Of a stretch of DNA of 64,000 nt, positions 34,519 through 46,604 are shown one piece after another. Within the stretch, counting starts at the first letter, position 1. Each line of letters starts with the position of its first letter. The notes beneath the pieces were generated by a model. The model worked only from the letters and a program-made list of their open reading frames with translations, did not search any database and was not told the origin of the DNA. Where the stretch lies: contig RSEE01000131.1 in NCBI GenBank assembly GCA_003971905.1, positions 62,001 through 126,000 on the forward strand, read 5' to 3'. The position numbers and the translations under genes are program-made. Source of the DNA: Moniliella sp. 'wahieum'. Taxonomy: Eukaryota.

Positions 34519-37269
34519 GAATCGGCTTGCGGCCCGGTCGGGCGCCTGACGCCGCACGTCGATGAGCCGAGTGAGGCAGTCGCACGTCCCCGAACGCTTG
34601 GTGCGCGCCCCAATCGTTGAGCACAGCCACGTGGGGCAGGAGCGGCTTGAGGCCGCTGTAGACCAGTTCGACGTAGCTTGGAGGCGGCACCGAAGCGGGG
34701 CTGCGGCCGTAGGTGGTGGCGGTGGCGGTGGTGGCTTGCTGGACCGGGCGCGGGAGCCAGGCACGTTGAGCGAGAGCGAGAGCGGCCGTGTAGGAGGCCG
34801 AGGTAGATGGAGCAACGTCCACCGGATTTCCTGCGATAACCGATGCGTCAGGTTGGGCAACATCGAGCCCCCTCCCACCACCAACACTTGTTCCGAAAGT
34901 GGCACTCGCAAGTCAATCGGTAACGAACGTAACACATCCAACACCAGCCACTGGATCGGTACATCTTCATCCTCGTACCACCCCCCGCAGCTAGCGCCAC
35001 TGCCACTGCCACTGGCCCCGGCACAGCTGTACGGCCCCCGCTCAAATAACACTTCCCCAGCCCGTTCACGTACCCACCCAGGGACCAGCAACTGACTCGA
35101 CCCGGGCCAGTGACCTGTCGACCCCATCGACCCCGTCGACCCGGGCGGACCAAAGAGCGCTTTGAGCGCCCCCGCTCCCGCGCCACCAGCACCACCACCC
35201 CCATTAGGGGCAGCGCCGCCAAGCCCGGCTCGGCACGTGTGGCGCGCAAGGGAATCCCAGCCACACTCCCGGCCCATACGTCGGCATAGGCACCCATGCC
35301 CGCCACGCGCGGCGGCACAGGTCCATCCAAACTCGCCGCAACAGTAGCGGGCAGGGTGCGCGGTGTGCCGCCTGTGGACGATGGCGAACTGGTGCTAGGT
35401 GCACCAGGGGGTGGCGCGGCTTGCCGCGCGCACACCCACGTTTCCCACCCTTGTAACGACGCTAGCGGTACCACGGCCGCACTTGCTTTGGCGGGAGTTT
35501 GGGTAGCGGTAGCAGTAGCATTGGTGCCTGTGGTGGTGCCGGTGGTGGTAGCTGTGGATCGCGGACCGTACCGGTGCGCCAAGAGACGGCACGCATAACT
35601 TTCCTCGTCTTCGTCGGGTAACGGTGCAAGTTCCTGCGTAGGGTCTGGCTCGGGAAAACGCGGAGGACGAGTGGTATCGAGAGGCGCGATAAGACAGATG
35701 CGCGAGACGAGTTGGTCCATCACTTGCTCGGTCAATAACGAAGCAGGTACGTGGCTCACACGTGCGCCTGGCACCGTCGTACCCCCGTCGTACCCCCCGT
35801 CGTAGTCGTACCCGCAGTGGGAGTGGTACCACCAGTGGCAGTGGCAGTGGTAGTGGCATTGGGGGGGTGAGAGACGATACGTCCGTATCGCAAGAGGAGG
35901 TTTCGTAAACGGTCTTTGACGCGTTGACCTGCGCGCCTAGTGATCAGCGGTAGGGGTTGGGCAACGAACGTTTGAGGGTCCTGCGTCGCAGCGGGGGAAA
36001 GTGCTACGCCTCGTCCCCAAGCCGGCGGATACCCCGTTTCCTCCCCGCCTGAAACGTCGACCACTACCCCGCTCACCCTCCCCGTCGATAACAGCGCCAT
36101 CAGCGGAGCAGGCACAAAGGATACGCTCGGCACGCGCAGCACGCCTTCCAGTACACGCACGAGCCCGGAACTTACACTCGAGGGCGTGCTGGGCCAGTCC
36201 ACTAGGACCACGGGACGTGTACGCGCATCGATCATTAGAATGCTGCGCAGGGCAAGCACCAGACAATTGTAGGGCAGGGTAGGAGGCAGAAGCAGAATCA
36301 CAGTCAGAATCAGAGTCAGCGTCTCGACGGGTACAGCAACTTAAGTGCGCAAAACGAAGCGAGGAAGGGGTACCTCAACCCCCCCCCCCCCCCCCCTTAT
36401 TCCCCAATCTCCACTCTCCAATCTCCAATCGAATATCAAAACGTACTCGGCATAGAGGTAGCGCAGCAACTCCTCCAAGCGCGCTTCGAGCGTATGCTGC
36501 GCTTCGGCACGGTGCTTGTCCGATGCTTGGCGCGCCAAATCGGCCGTCCACAACGGCGCTGGATCCTGCTCTGTCCCGCTCCACGCGCCCTCCCGCGTCG
36601 ATCCACCCCCAGCCCCAGATCCATACGCACCCCCAGCCGCATGGCTTGCCCCATGGCCTGCCCCATGGCCTGCGCCATGCCCAAGGCCAAGCCCAGGGGC
36701 AGCACCAGGCACATGTACACTCGGGGCATTCAACATGGTGGACGAAACGTAAGCCGGCGACGCTCCGGGGGCCGCGACAGCCGTTCGTACGGCCCAAGGC
36801 GGTACACTGGACGGAACAATAGCTCGTGGCCTAGCTTCACCACTGAACCCTACCACGGTCACCAGCGAACCTAGGTCAATCACCACTTTCTCCTCGGTCC
36901 CATGGAGCGCAGCGAGACGCCGCATGCTCATCCGCCCCGCGGGCGCGGACAAGCTCGTCGACCCAGCCGACAAGGGCGCTGGTACCAAGCCTGGTGCGTG
37001 GGATGCAGAGGCAGAATGCGATGTGGGGTGGGACGCAGATGCAGATGCAGAATGGATGTGGGATGGGACGCAGGGACAGATGGGGTAGCGGATGAAGACA
37101 AGGAGGTGGGTAGAGGTGTGGAGCGGGAAGCGAGGGCGAGAGCGGGCGTGCAGCACTAGTGCCGCTGTGCCGGCGGGGCGGGTGTGGCCGGGGCGGCGGG
37201 GGTGGGGGGTGGGGTTGGGGATACAGAGGGCGAGCGCGAGGGCGAGGCGGGAGGCGGGGGCGAGGCCAT
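34188..37269 (-). CDS. ARP10: Actin-related protein, Arp10/ACTR10 (dynactin) type; intron 36243-36446; frameshifted; start approximate
   Basis: EEKVVIDLGSLVTVVGFSGEARPR, VPSVSFVPAPLMALLSTGRVSGVVVDV, LPIDLRVPLSEQVLVVGGGSMLPNL, VAWLGASLA. Confidence 0.82.
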
Positions 37270-37598
37270 GGCGGGCGCTGGGCTCGGTGCTCGGCACGCT
37301 GTGCTTGGTGCTCGGCACGCTGGGCTCGGTGCTCGCGGCGGAGAGAAAGCGCAGGAGGTGGGAAACGGCAGGCGGAAGGCAGCGCAGCCCCACGCGCGCA
37401 TGCTATCACACAAAGTGAAATGTGCAATGCCCCTTGAAAGTTGCAATCGTATGTGGGCGCGACGTCATCGGCCATGGACCATTGCGCATCTATCACGGCT
37501 AATCGGTGGGCACATGGAGGCTCGCAGGGGCGATGACGTCAGGGCCAGTTAGAGTACAGATGGGTATAAGTACAAAGTGCCTCGTTCTCCTCTGTTCG

Positions 37599-39416
37599 AT
37601 GGCTGCCCCACAGGATGGAGGACAGGCCGGCGGTGCTGCGTCTGGGGTGGACGTGCACCTCGACCTGCTCGGGGGGGCTGTCGCTGTCGGAGCGGCTGGT
37701 GTGGACGCGCGCGCTCTGTGCGCCGCTCCGCGCCAGCCTCGCGCCCACCCTCGCGCCCCGCCTCCTCTGCCCGCCCACCGCCGTGCCCACCCGCCACGGC
37801 CCCTCGCCGGCGCACGCCTCGCCCTCCACGACCTCCACCTCGCCGCCCAGATCCTGCCACGCCCTCGTCTCGGGCCCGCTGCGCCCGCCCCCTCGCCCTC
37901 CCCTCCGGCCACGCCACGCCCCTCCTCCGCCTCCTCCTCCTCTGGGTATTGCTCCTGCGACGCCTGTTGCTCCCGCTCCTTCGGATTGCCGTCGCCTCCG
38001 CCCGAAGGCGTGCACAACGCATGGTACGTGCTCTCCCCGCAGCGACAGCGCGAACGGGCGGCAGCCCATGCTGCAGCTACTACCGCTGCCACTCCTGCCT
38101 CCCACCACGCCCTGCCCTGCCCGAGCCCGATCCCCAGCCACTACCCTTGCCTCAGCCTCGGCCTCCTCGTCGCGGCCACGCTCCCGGAGCGATACGTGTC
38201 TGTTTCTCCGCGCGGTGCGCATGCTGCTCACCCCCGCGTGGGACGCACAGGACTTGCACCTTGTGCACGTGCACCGTGCTGCCCCTTACTCCGAGTGGAG
38301 GTCTCCCACACCCCTTCCCATACCCACTTGCACCACCTCCACAACTGCCACCCAGCGTACCCCAAGCGTACCCACCAGTGTACTCACCAGTGTACCCCGC
38401 AGAAGAGGAGTAGCGCCGGGCTGCCCACAAGTTTGTTCCTCGTGGGCTGGCACTGGCGGGGTACCGGGAGACCTACTACGGGAAATGTTGATCTACGAAC
38501 CCACCTTGGCTGCCGTCACGACCATCGTCAAGACCCAGCAGCACGATGACCAGCCTATCTGGGCTGCCTTGGCCCCTGCCTACCGCCATGCCCATGCTCA
38601 TGCTCATGCTCATGCTTATCCTCATGCTAGTCGTGATTGTGGTTGTGATCGGGATCGTGATTGTGGTTGTAAGGGTGAGAGTGAGGATGGGACGGGGTGG
38701 CACCCCGTTGGAATCGATCGGTACACCTACTTTGCAAACGGTTGTGCGCCTCTCAACGGACGTACTTTGAAGATGCCCTACAACTTGCTTCGGCCTCGTC
38801 GTCTGGATCCTCTGCGTCCTCTGGCGTGTCTGGGTCGCCTGGGTCGCCTGGGTCGCCTGGGTCGCCTTGGACCTCACCTTCTCCCACCGTGGATCTGGTA
38901 CCGTGCCCCCGTCCCCAACGTCATCGCTATCGTCATCGCTATCGTCATCCTCATCGCCATGGCCGTCCTCGTCCCCGTCCCTGCCACCGTCGCCATGGCC
39001 ATCGCCGTTACCGTACAGGCCAACGGGACAGGACGGTAAGGACCCACTCGGCACTGACGCGAGCATGATCGTCCCCCGCCAAACCCAAGCAACCGTCGCG
39101 ATCGCTAGTCGTCAGCCTCCGTTTTTCATCAAGGGCGCCGGGCTGAGTGTGGGGTTCGATTGTCTTTGTTTTCAGGTGCCGGCTGAGCTCCCTCCGACTC
39201 CAACGCATCCCCAAACGCAAACGCCAACGCCGACTCAACGCTCGGAGCAACGCGATGAGCAATGGAGGGAAGATCAAGGGCAAAGAGCAAGGACCGGCGT
39301 TGCGCCACATTATCTTCCAAGGTCGGTATCACCTGCACGACGCGCAAGAGTTGGCAACCATGTTGAATGGAGCGAGAGACGCGTGTACGGGGTGTCGACA
39401 ATCGATCTTTGTTTGA
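37599..39416 (+). CDS. Hypothetical protein, frameshifted, family not recognised
   Basis: TATAAGTA at 37565, then ATG; coding-like globular blocks (LLREMLIYEPTLAAVTTIVKT, WHPVGIDRYTYFANG, LRHIIFQGRYHLHDAQELATML) separated by low-complexity linkers. Confidence 0.55.
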
Positions 39417-39559
39417 TTACGGTTACGGGTGGGTGAGCGGTTGGTTGGTTGGTTTGAGACGAGACGAGGTTCGATTGGCGAGTGGGAGGGGGCATCCGCC
39501 TTGGTAAAATACTTTTTAAAATACTTTTTTCCTTTCTTCTGTTTTGTGGTTCTTTGTGG

Positions 39560-39658
39560 TTCTTCTTCTTCTTCTTCTTCTTCTTCTTCTCTTCTTCTTC
39601 TTCTTCTTCTTCTTCTTTTCTTCTTCTTTCTTCTTCTTCTTCTTCTCTTCTTCTTCTT
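39560..39658. repeat. (TTC)n microsatellite
   Basis: Directly visible. Confidence 0.95.
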
Positions 39659-40170
39659 GTCTCACCGCTCTTTCGTTCTTCTGTTATTTGTTGTCCTCTG
39701 CGAGCCTCCTGCACTGCCTCCATTGCTCCCTTACTCCCTTGCTCCATGCTTCATGCTTCATAATCCATCCCTCTGTCTCTGTCCGCCCTAATGTCAATAC
39801 TGCACTGCATAGTTCGCACTCTTCCCTTCTCCACCCGCAGCATGCCTACTCTCAAGTTGAAGATCGCGTCGGTCGCAATGAACAGAAACTACATCGACCT
39901 CTCTGGAGAGGCGGGGGCACAGCTGTCATTCTAACCCCAGGGCCCTCGTGACCAGCTGATAGATGGAATCAGCAACGCTTACGTACGGTCTCCGCGGTGG
40001 CTACGGCAGTTGTATGACGATGCATGTACCGTCGCATGACATTATTCTATCCATCTTTCTGTACTGAAAAGTGGGAGGAAAATGGGGGAGTACGATCCTC
40101 CACCATCCATGGAGAGAGGAGAGGACTACCCCCTGGTAGAGATCGAAGGAGGATTGGACAGCGGGCCGAG

Positions 40171-41588
40171 TTAGGCAGTCTCCGCCACATCCTTCTCCCG
40201 TACTTTGGGGCCGTGCTGGGCGTCATACGAACGAGCATAGGCGCGCGCATAGTCCACACCAACGCAGCCCAGAGCACGCAGCAATGCGCGTTGTGGACGT
40301 AAACGTCTTCCAACACGCCGCGCGGTTGTCCAGATTGGTGTGACCACGCCGCGCATCACCAACGCCACTGCCGCACGGCCCGGGCAGACCACACGCGTGC
40401 TCATGGGCCACCACGGCCCACGCGGCCCGTCGCAAGGCCGGGTCGGACGAGGTCAGTTGGCTCGCCACGTCCCATGCCCCGTACAAGGTTGTTGTGGCAT
40501 GGCCTTTGGCGGCGTGGCAAGTACCAACGCCGTGAGGAGGCAGCACACCAAATCCCACGCTAAAGCCTAGTAAGATCGGTCGGGTGTTTCGCCCAAACAG
40601 TAGCGCCGTACTCTTGATGCCCATCTTGACATCGTCCACTTTATCCTGGTGCGCATAGATCGTATCGTACACAATCGTCCAGCACCAACACCCTGCGTAC
40701 AACGGTACCACCGCCGCCCAGTCACAGCTCCCCGCCACCGCCGACCAGCCGAGAAGCGCACCCCAATTGAAGGCCAAGCCTGCCGTGTCGTTAGTACCGT
40801 GCACTGCGTGTCTCGATGGGGTGCAAGGAGCGCAAGGGGGAAGAGGGAGGAAGGGAGAAAGAGGGAGGAAGAGGAGGAAGAGGAGGAAGTGCGACGTACC
40901 AAGGACGGATTGGGGCCAGTAGGTGACCCGTTTCATAGCGGGGTAGATGACCACAAGGGAGAGCGACGATGCGCCCAGCACGATCGAGTACGGGTTGAGT
41001 TGCACCAGCACCCCCAGGCCGACGGACAACTGACCCGCCAAAAACGCCCAGGCGTGCGGGACAGTCAGTGCGCCCGAAGCGAGTGGTCGAGAAGCCGTGC
41101 GACTCACCCCGGCATCCAAACCGCCGATCCCACATATCGTTGATCGTGCACCCTGCTCCGCGCATCACCACGGCCCCGACCCCAAACAGAGCCAGCTGGC
41201 CCACCAGCACACTCGGACTCGCTCCCACCGCATGCGCACACAACGTCATGCTAAATGCACAGGGCCAGTACAACAGCCACGTCCCAATCGGCTTGTCCAG
41301 CCGCATCAGGTCCAGGTACGGCCGTACCTTCTCCACCAGCGACCGAGGCGCTGGCGCAGGCGAAGGAGAAGGAGAAGGCGCCGAGGGAACCACCGTGCTG
41401 ACCCCCCGTGCACCCACCCTGTGCGGCGCACAAGCAAGCGCACGGCGGGAGAGCGGCCGCGGTGGGACGGCAAGCGGCGCAGTCCAGAAGGAGCGCACGC
41501 GAGGCACCGGAGGGCGGAGGCAGACGGCAGAGGGACACACCATGCTGCGCGGCGCGAAGGGCTTCCCCCGCATCAGGATCGAGGCCAT
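40171..41588 (-). CDS. COQ2: 4-hydroxybenzoate polyprenyltransferase (UbiA family); intron 40780-40899
   Basis: [90 protein letters not shown]; mitochondrial presequence. Confidence 0.96.
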
Positions 41589-42138
41589 GGCCAACCACAC
41601 GGACGCCGGCAGCAGCGAGCAAGGCGGCTGAGCAAGCCGCCTTGCTGGCAGTAGGCGGCCCCCGTTGGCTTCGGGGCATCGGTGCAACCCACGTCACATG
41701 TCCATGTCAGCGCTGCGCTGAGGCTCAGCACGCTGGCTTCCATCGGGCGTTGCAGGTCTTCGCGGCGCGGACGAGGTCACGTGCGCCGCGCATCGGCCAT
41801 CCATTCTCCATCTCTGCCACTAGGATATTGACGCTCCCCCTCGACCGATCCGCGGTTTTTCTACACCGCCTCCATACGACTTCCGCCCACAGGCGCAGAC
41901 TCTGTGTCTGTACCTCACCCGCTTCCTCAGCACTCAGTGGACTTGGCAAACCAACTATCGTTGTTTCCCCCAGTTCTGCCACAGGCACCCTCAACAGGTT
42001 CCTTGCCGTCCATGCAGAACATCCATCAAGTAACCCGTTGGGGTTCTATCTAGGTCCTGCACACAGCAGCAGATTGGAGCAACCGTGTGCGCACGGGGAA
42101 AAACAAAGCAGGCCTCTCGGAATTCAGATACTCGTGAA

Positions 42139-43009
42139 TCAAACCTTGGCCGCCGCTGCGGCCTCAATCTTGTCCTGCGTCTTGGTAGCAAAGTCCGAAG
42201 GATCATGGCGTTCGCGCAACTGATCCTCCAACGGGCCCGTGGCCTTATTCACAATCCGGCCACGCCGCACCGCCGGACGCGCATCGATCCGTTTGGCCCA
42301 CTCCACCACGTGCGTGTACTCGTGCACGGCCAAAAACGTGTCGGAACCAGCGTACAACCGACAATGCCAACCCGCCCAGCCACGGCCAAATGGCCATGTC
42401 GGCAATCGTGTACTCTTGTCCCGCCACATACGGAACCTCGGCGAGACGACGGTTGAGCACGTCGAGCAACCGCTTGGATTCGAGCGCAAAGGGTTGATCG
42501 GGTACTCCTTCGGGTTGTGGTACGCGTAAAGTGACCTAGGTTGCCCAGGTACGGCGCGCTGCCCATCTGCCAAAACAGCCAATTGAGCGTCTCGGTCTTG
42601 CTGCGCACGTCGGTCGGGAGGAAAGCTCCATACTTCTCGGCCAAGTAGACGAGGATCGAACCCGATTCAAAAACGCGCAACGGACCACCTTCCACCACCA
42701 TGGTCCACCAGCGCAGGAATCTTCGAGTTGGGATTCGCCTCCACAAAGCCCGAACCGAATTGCTGGCCTTCCATAATGTTGATTAGAAACGCATCGTAGT
42801 TGTCGAGCTTGCCCGCTTCAATCAACTCTTCGAGCAGAATGGTGACTTTTTGTCCGTTCGGCGTGGCAAGACTGTACAGCTGCAAGTCCGTCTTGCCCAC
42901 AGGCAGCTCGGCCGTCGAAGTAGGGCCAGCAATGGGGCGGTTGATGTTGGCAAACGGGCCCGAACCGGGCTTCCATTCCCACACGCGGGGGGGATTACGA
43001 CTCGGCCAT
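42139..43009 (-). CDS. yghU: Nu-class glutathione transferase / GSH-dependent disulfide oxidoreductase, YghU-like; intronless; frameshifted
   Basis: PPRVWEW..GPFANINRPIAG, LQLYSLATPNGQKVTILLEEL, NPNSKIPAL, VFESGSILVYLAEK, EYTIADMAIWPW, RPAVRRGRIVN...QLRERHDPSDF. Confidence 0.9.
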
Positions 43010-43774
43010 GATGGAGGAGGTGGAGAGGACACGGACAGTAAGGGCGCGGGGGCGGCGGGACGTAGCAAAGACGAACGGAGAAGGGAACGCGAGTAGGGCA
43101 CAGATACGCGCAGTCTCTCCATCCACAGCTGGGCTACGAGGGGGATACGAGCGAGGGAGGGAGGTCGGGATTCGCCGCTTCAAGTAGGCAAGCGGATCAC
43201 CGATGACAAGCAGACTGCGTGATGTCGTTCGCCGCGGTGCACAGGCCATCCGGGGTGAGGCCGAGGACGGCGATAAGCGGTGGGCGGTGCGACGCTAAGT
43301 CCGGCAAAAGGGCGTGGGGGGTCGCCAGTGTGAAACCGCGCACTGGGGAGTGAGTGTCTGGGACGGCAGAACTGCAACCCCCGGCTTTAGGCCGGTGATG
43401 CCGGCTGTATCAACGCAGCCCCGCTTTCGCCCCGTGGCGTCATCGCCTTGACTGGAAAGCTTTCAATTGGCGAAGCAATCGACTAGGCCAACAAGCGCCA
43501 TAGCCAGGCCAAACGTGCTCGGCCACGGTGAAGGAGGATATAATCGAGATGATCCATCAGAGGTCAACTTGACCCGCGGTCTGGCGTTGGTTGGACCATC
43601 CCCACCAACAACAACCCGTGTCATATGAAACACGGAAGAGGCGGCTCGTAGGGAGCGGTGGGCAGCATATCTTTTGGATACACGCCCAGTGATGGGCGGC
43701 CGACTGAGCTGATGGGCGGCGACTGAGCTGATGGGCGCAGTGAGTGAACTCCACGTGAACCATCTGCGCGTCCA

Positions 43775-44022
43775 GAGTGGTGTGCTGAAGGAGGAGAGAG
43801 GTGCAGAGGCGATGAGGAGGGGGTAGGGCCGTTTATATAGCAGAGGGTACCGGGGAGCAGAGGGAGCGTCCGGGCGGATGGTAAGAGTGGTCATCGCTAC
43901 TAATCGTCCTACTATCTTCTCTGCTTCCCCGGCCAGCTCGCTGTTACGGGCGACGGTGGGTGGCCGAGCCCGACCGAGCGCATCCGAGTCCATCCTCTCC
44001 CCTTTGTCCCTGGCTTGGGTTA
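43775..44022. repeat. Copy 1 of a duplicated segment downstream of PDC, with a minus-strand TATA box (copy 2 at ~54639-54872)
   Basis: GAGGAGAGAGGTGCAG...GGGGTAGGGCC.TTTATATAGCA...CAGCTCGCTGTTACGGGCGACGGTGGGTGGCCGAGCCCGACCGAGC...CATCCTCTCCC occurs at both sites. Confidence 0.9.
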
Positions 44023-44657
44023 GGTCTACGTCAAGACTATAGTAGGCTGGCTTGCCTGAGTTCCGCTAAACGTTGAACAAACCCATGCAGTCTTTGTGTC
44101 CAAACGGAGCATGTTCCCATCGAGATCTATGCAAGTAGAAGAAGGCCTGTAGATCAGATGGCCCCTAAACTGACTTCTGAAAGAGCGAGGGAGCCGATCC
44201 CAAGCACGGAGAGGGTAAGCGACGTATCGAGAAGTTGGGGCTGCAGTTGTCCCCCGCTACTACCTCTGTCACCGTCCCCCCGAATACGAAAGGCTCCATA
44301 CATACACGTTAATAATACTACCACTGACGGCGGTGCTGCATGACGCCTACAGGATGGGACCTACACAACCTTGCCACACAAGCAGCAGCCTCATCTGCTT
44401 AACCCCGACGAGCCCCTTCTTGCCCCAATATACCCCCGCTTGGAGCCACCAATAAGCCCGAGCACGAAGAGGAAACATACCATCAGTTGGCCTTTCCAAC
44501 CCCGTTTGTACCCATAAATCCTCCGAGCTATATAATAACGGGAAAAGCGATACTACGATTCCAATTGATAGACGGAAACAAACAAGGAATTCGAAGTGAA
44601 ACAGAGAGGAGCAGAAGGGAAAACGCAAGCAAAGAGTCGGTTACACGTATCTTGCCC

Positions 44658-45727
44658 TCACAGGCAGCTTTTGATCAAGTCGACAAAAGGCTGGAAAACG
44701 GGGGAGCTAGTACCGCCGGACAAAATACTGTCATGACCATGGTTGGTATCGATGAAGAGCGAGCTGGACAAACCAGCAATGTTGGTGAAGGTGGTAATGT
44801 CCCCGCGCAGTACCTCTAGCCCACCCGCGGAAACAAAAACCTTGTCGGGCGAGGGAGAAACAGCCGACCAATCAATATAGTCCTTGAACTGGTTTTGCAG
44901 CGGGGCTTGAACTGCCTCCACATCGGGGAGATACTCAATAGCTGACTCACGGAGGAACTTGGCTGTGAGGATATCAGAATTGTTGTTGTTGCTTGCCCAG
45001 GTCCCATTGTTCTGGGTCGGGTACAAGTTGACCCATGGGCTCAACAAACCAACACATGAAGGTTTCTGGGTAATCGATGGAGTAACCGAGAGAGGATGCG
45101 CCAAGGTGCGGGCCACCTCAAGGGAGAGATGACCTCCGGCCGAATCACCAGCGAGGATAATGTTACTGCTCGATTGCGACAGACGGTTGTAAACCTCGAC
45201 GGCTTGCTGGAGCTGGGTCGGGTAGGGATAGTCCGGAGCGAGGTTGTAATCCAGCCACAGGATGGAAAGACGGTCGCTTCCGACGGATTGATAAACGCTT
45301 TGCAATTCCGTTGCAAAGACGGGCAGCGTACCAATCACGTATGCCCCGCCGTGAAGATAGAAGAGCACAGGATCGTGTTGCGTTCGGTTTTCCGCTTCGG
45401 TGAACCAGCGCACACGGTCGGAACTCACATGGGTGAGATCCGTGGCGAACACCGCATTCTTGTTGGGCATTGGGTTTGTGGCGAAAGCCTCGTTTTCAGC
45501 CAGAGTGAAGGGCGGGATCACGGAGACAACCTCGGGGGTGAAACGTTGTTCTCCAACGCCGATGCAAAGAATCCCACGATGCGGGATTCAGTTTGCTCAA
45601 CCGGATCAAACGGGCTGACAACCGGAAAGGTCAGGCGCTTGGCCATGTTGGAAAAGGTGGGGAACGCTTGAACAGTAGCGACCCCGGCGGCCGAAAGGGT
45701 GAAAGCAATGGTTTTTTGGAGCTTCAT
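44658..45727 (-). CDS. Secreted HSL-family alpha/beta hydrolase (Say1/steryl acetyl hydrolase-like esterase); intronless; one frameshift near 45535
   Basis: Signal peptide MKLQKTIAFTLSAAGVATVQA; DPVLFYLHGGAY, LDYNLAP..PYPTQL, ILAGDSAGGHL, LLSPWV, EVLRGD, HGHD. Confidence 0.88.
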
Positions 45728-46521
45728 GAGTTCTGTGCGTGTGTGGATGTATGCAATGGACCGTGGCAGACCGCCGAAAACCACGCACTATTTAACCAAA
45801 AAGATACGATCTCTTTACTCTCACGGGAGGGCGAGAGAGAGAAAGTGTATTCCCTTCTATGCCTCCGGAAGCGGCCCAAATGTCAATGCGCGAGTGGGGA
45901 ACCAGCTGCGCTTTGATGTTCCTCATAAGGCCGAGAGCTCAATGAGTGCTCTGAAGCGAGCATTCGATCGGCATCCAACGAAGAGTGTGTATTATCGGTG
46001 TGGGGAGTGGACTCAGTACCCGCACATATGCGAAGGTATACGTCTTTTTTTCGCAATGACGAGTATGAGGAAATGGGACACCCGCAAGTGTATGTGTGGC
46101 CGTTGCCCCACAGTGGGCCTCTTCCTCGTCGACGTAGGTACTCGGATTTTTTGAGTTGGGAGGATTTGGCTGATGGCGCTGACGTGTGGGGTACTGAGTG
46201 TGCTGAGGCCTCTGAGGCTATGTAGGGAAAGCTGCGTCCGCCTTGCTTCCAGTTGTAAGCACCGAAGCTTGAAGTTCATGAGCAGGCACTAGCGCATTGA
46301 ACATGGTTGACGTTGAACGTTAACTCAAGGGGGGCAGGAGGCCGCCTGGGGGAAAAGGCACAGCGAGTAGAAGCCGGCGGCCTGCTGCCTGCATCCGCAT
46401 ATGGGGCATGGGGTTTTTGTGTGAGCGCTTAGGCTAAGCGCTTTCCCCCAACCACCTCGTCACAACTGTCAACGTTGTCAACACTGGCATGTGTCACAGA
46501 TGTCAGGGAGGCTTGAGGGCC

Positions 46522-46604
46522 TCAAGCTTCAAGCTTCAAGCTTCAAGCTTCAAGCTTCAAGCTTCAAGCTTCAAGCTTCAAGCTTCAAGCTTCAAGCCTC
46601 AAGC
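46522..46604. repeat. (TCAAGCT)n heptamer tandem repeat
   Basis: Directly visible, about 11 units. Confidence 0.95.

Noticed and set aside
39842..40040. Short ORF MPTLKLKIAS...
   Set aside because: Too short, no recognisable motif or convincing splice structure
3132..42000. Frameshifts in eIF4G, TDP1, ALG6, COQ2 and others read as pseudogenisation or programmed frameshifting
   Set aside because: They affect nearly all genes, including essential ones, while motifs stay intact; best explained by uncorrected sequencing indels
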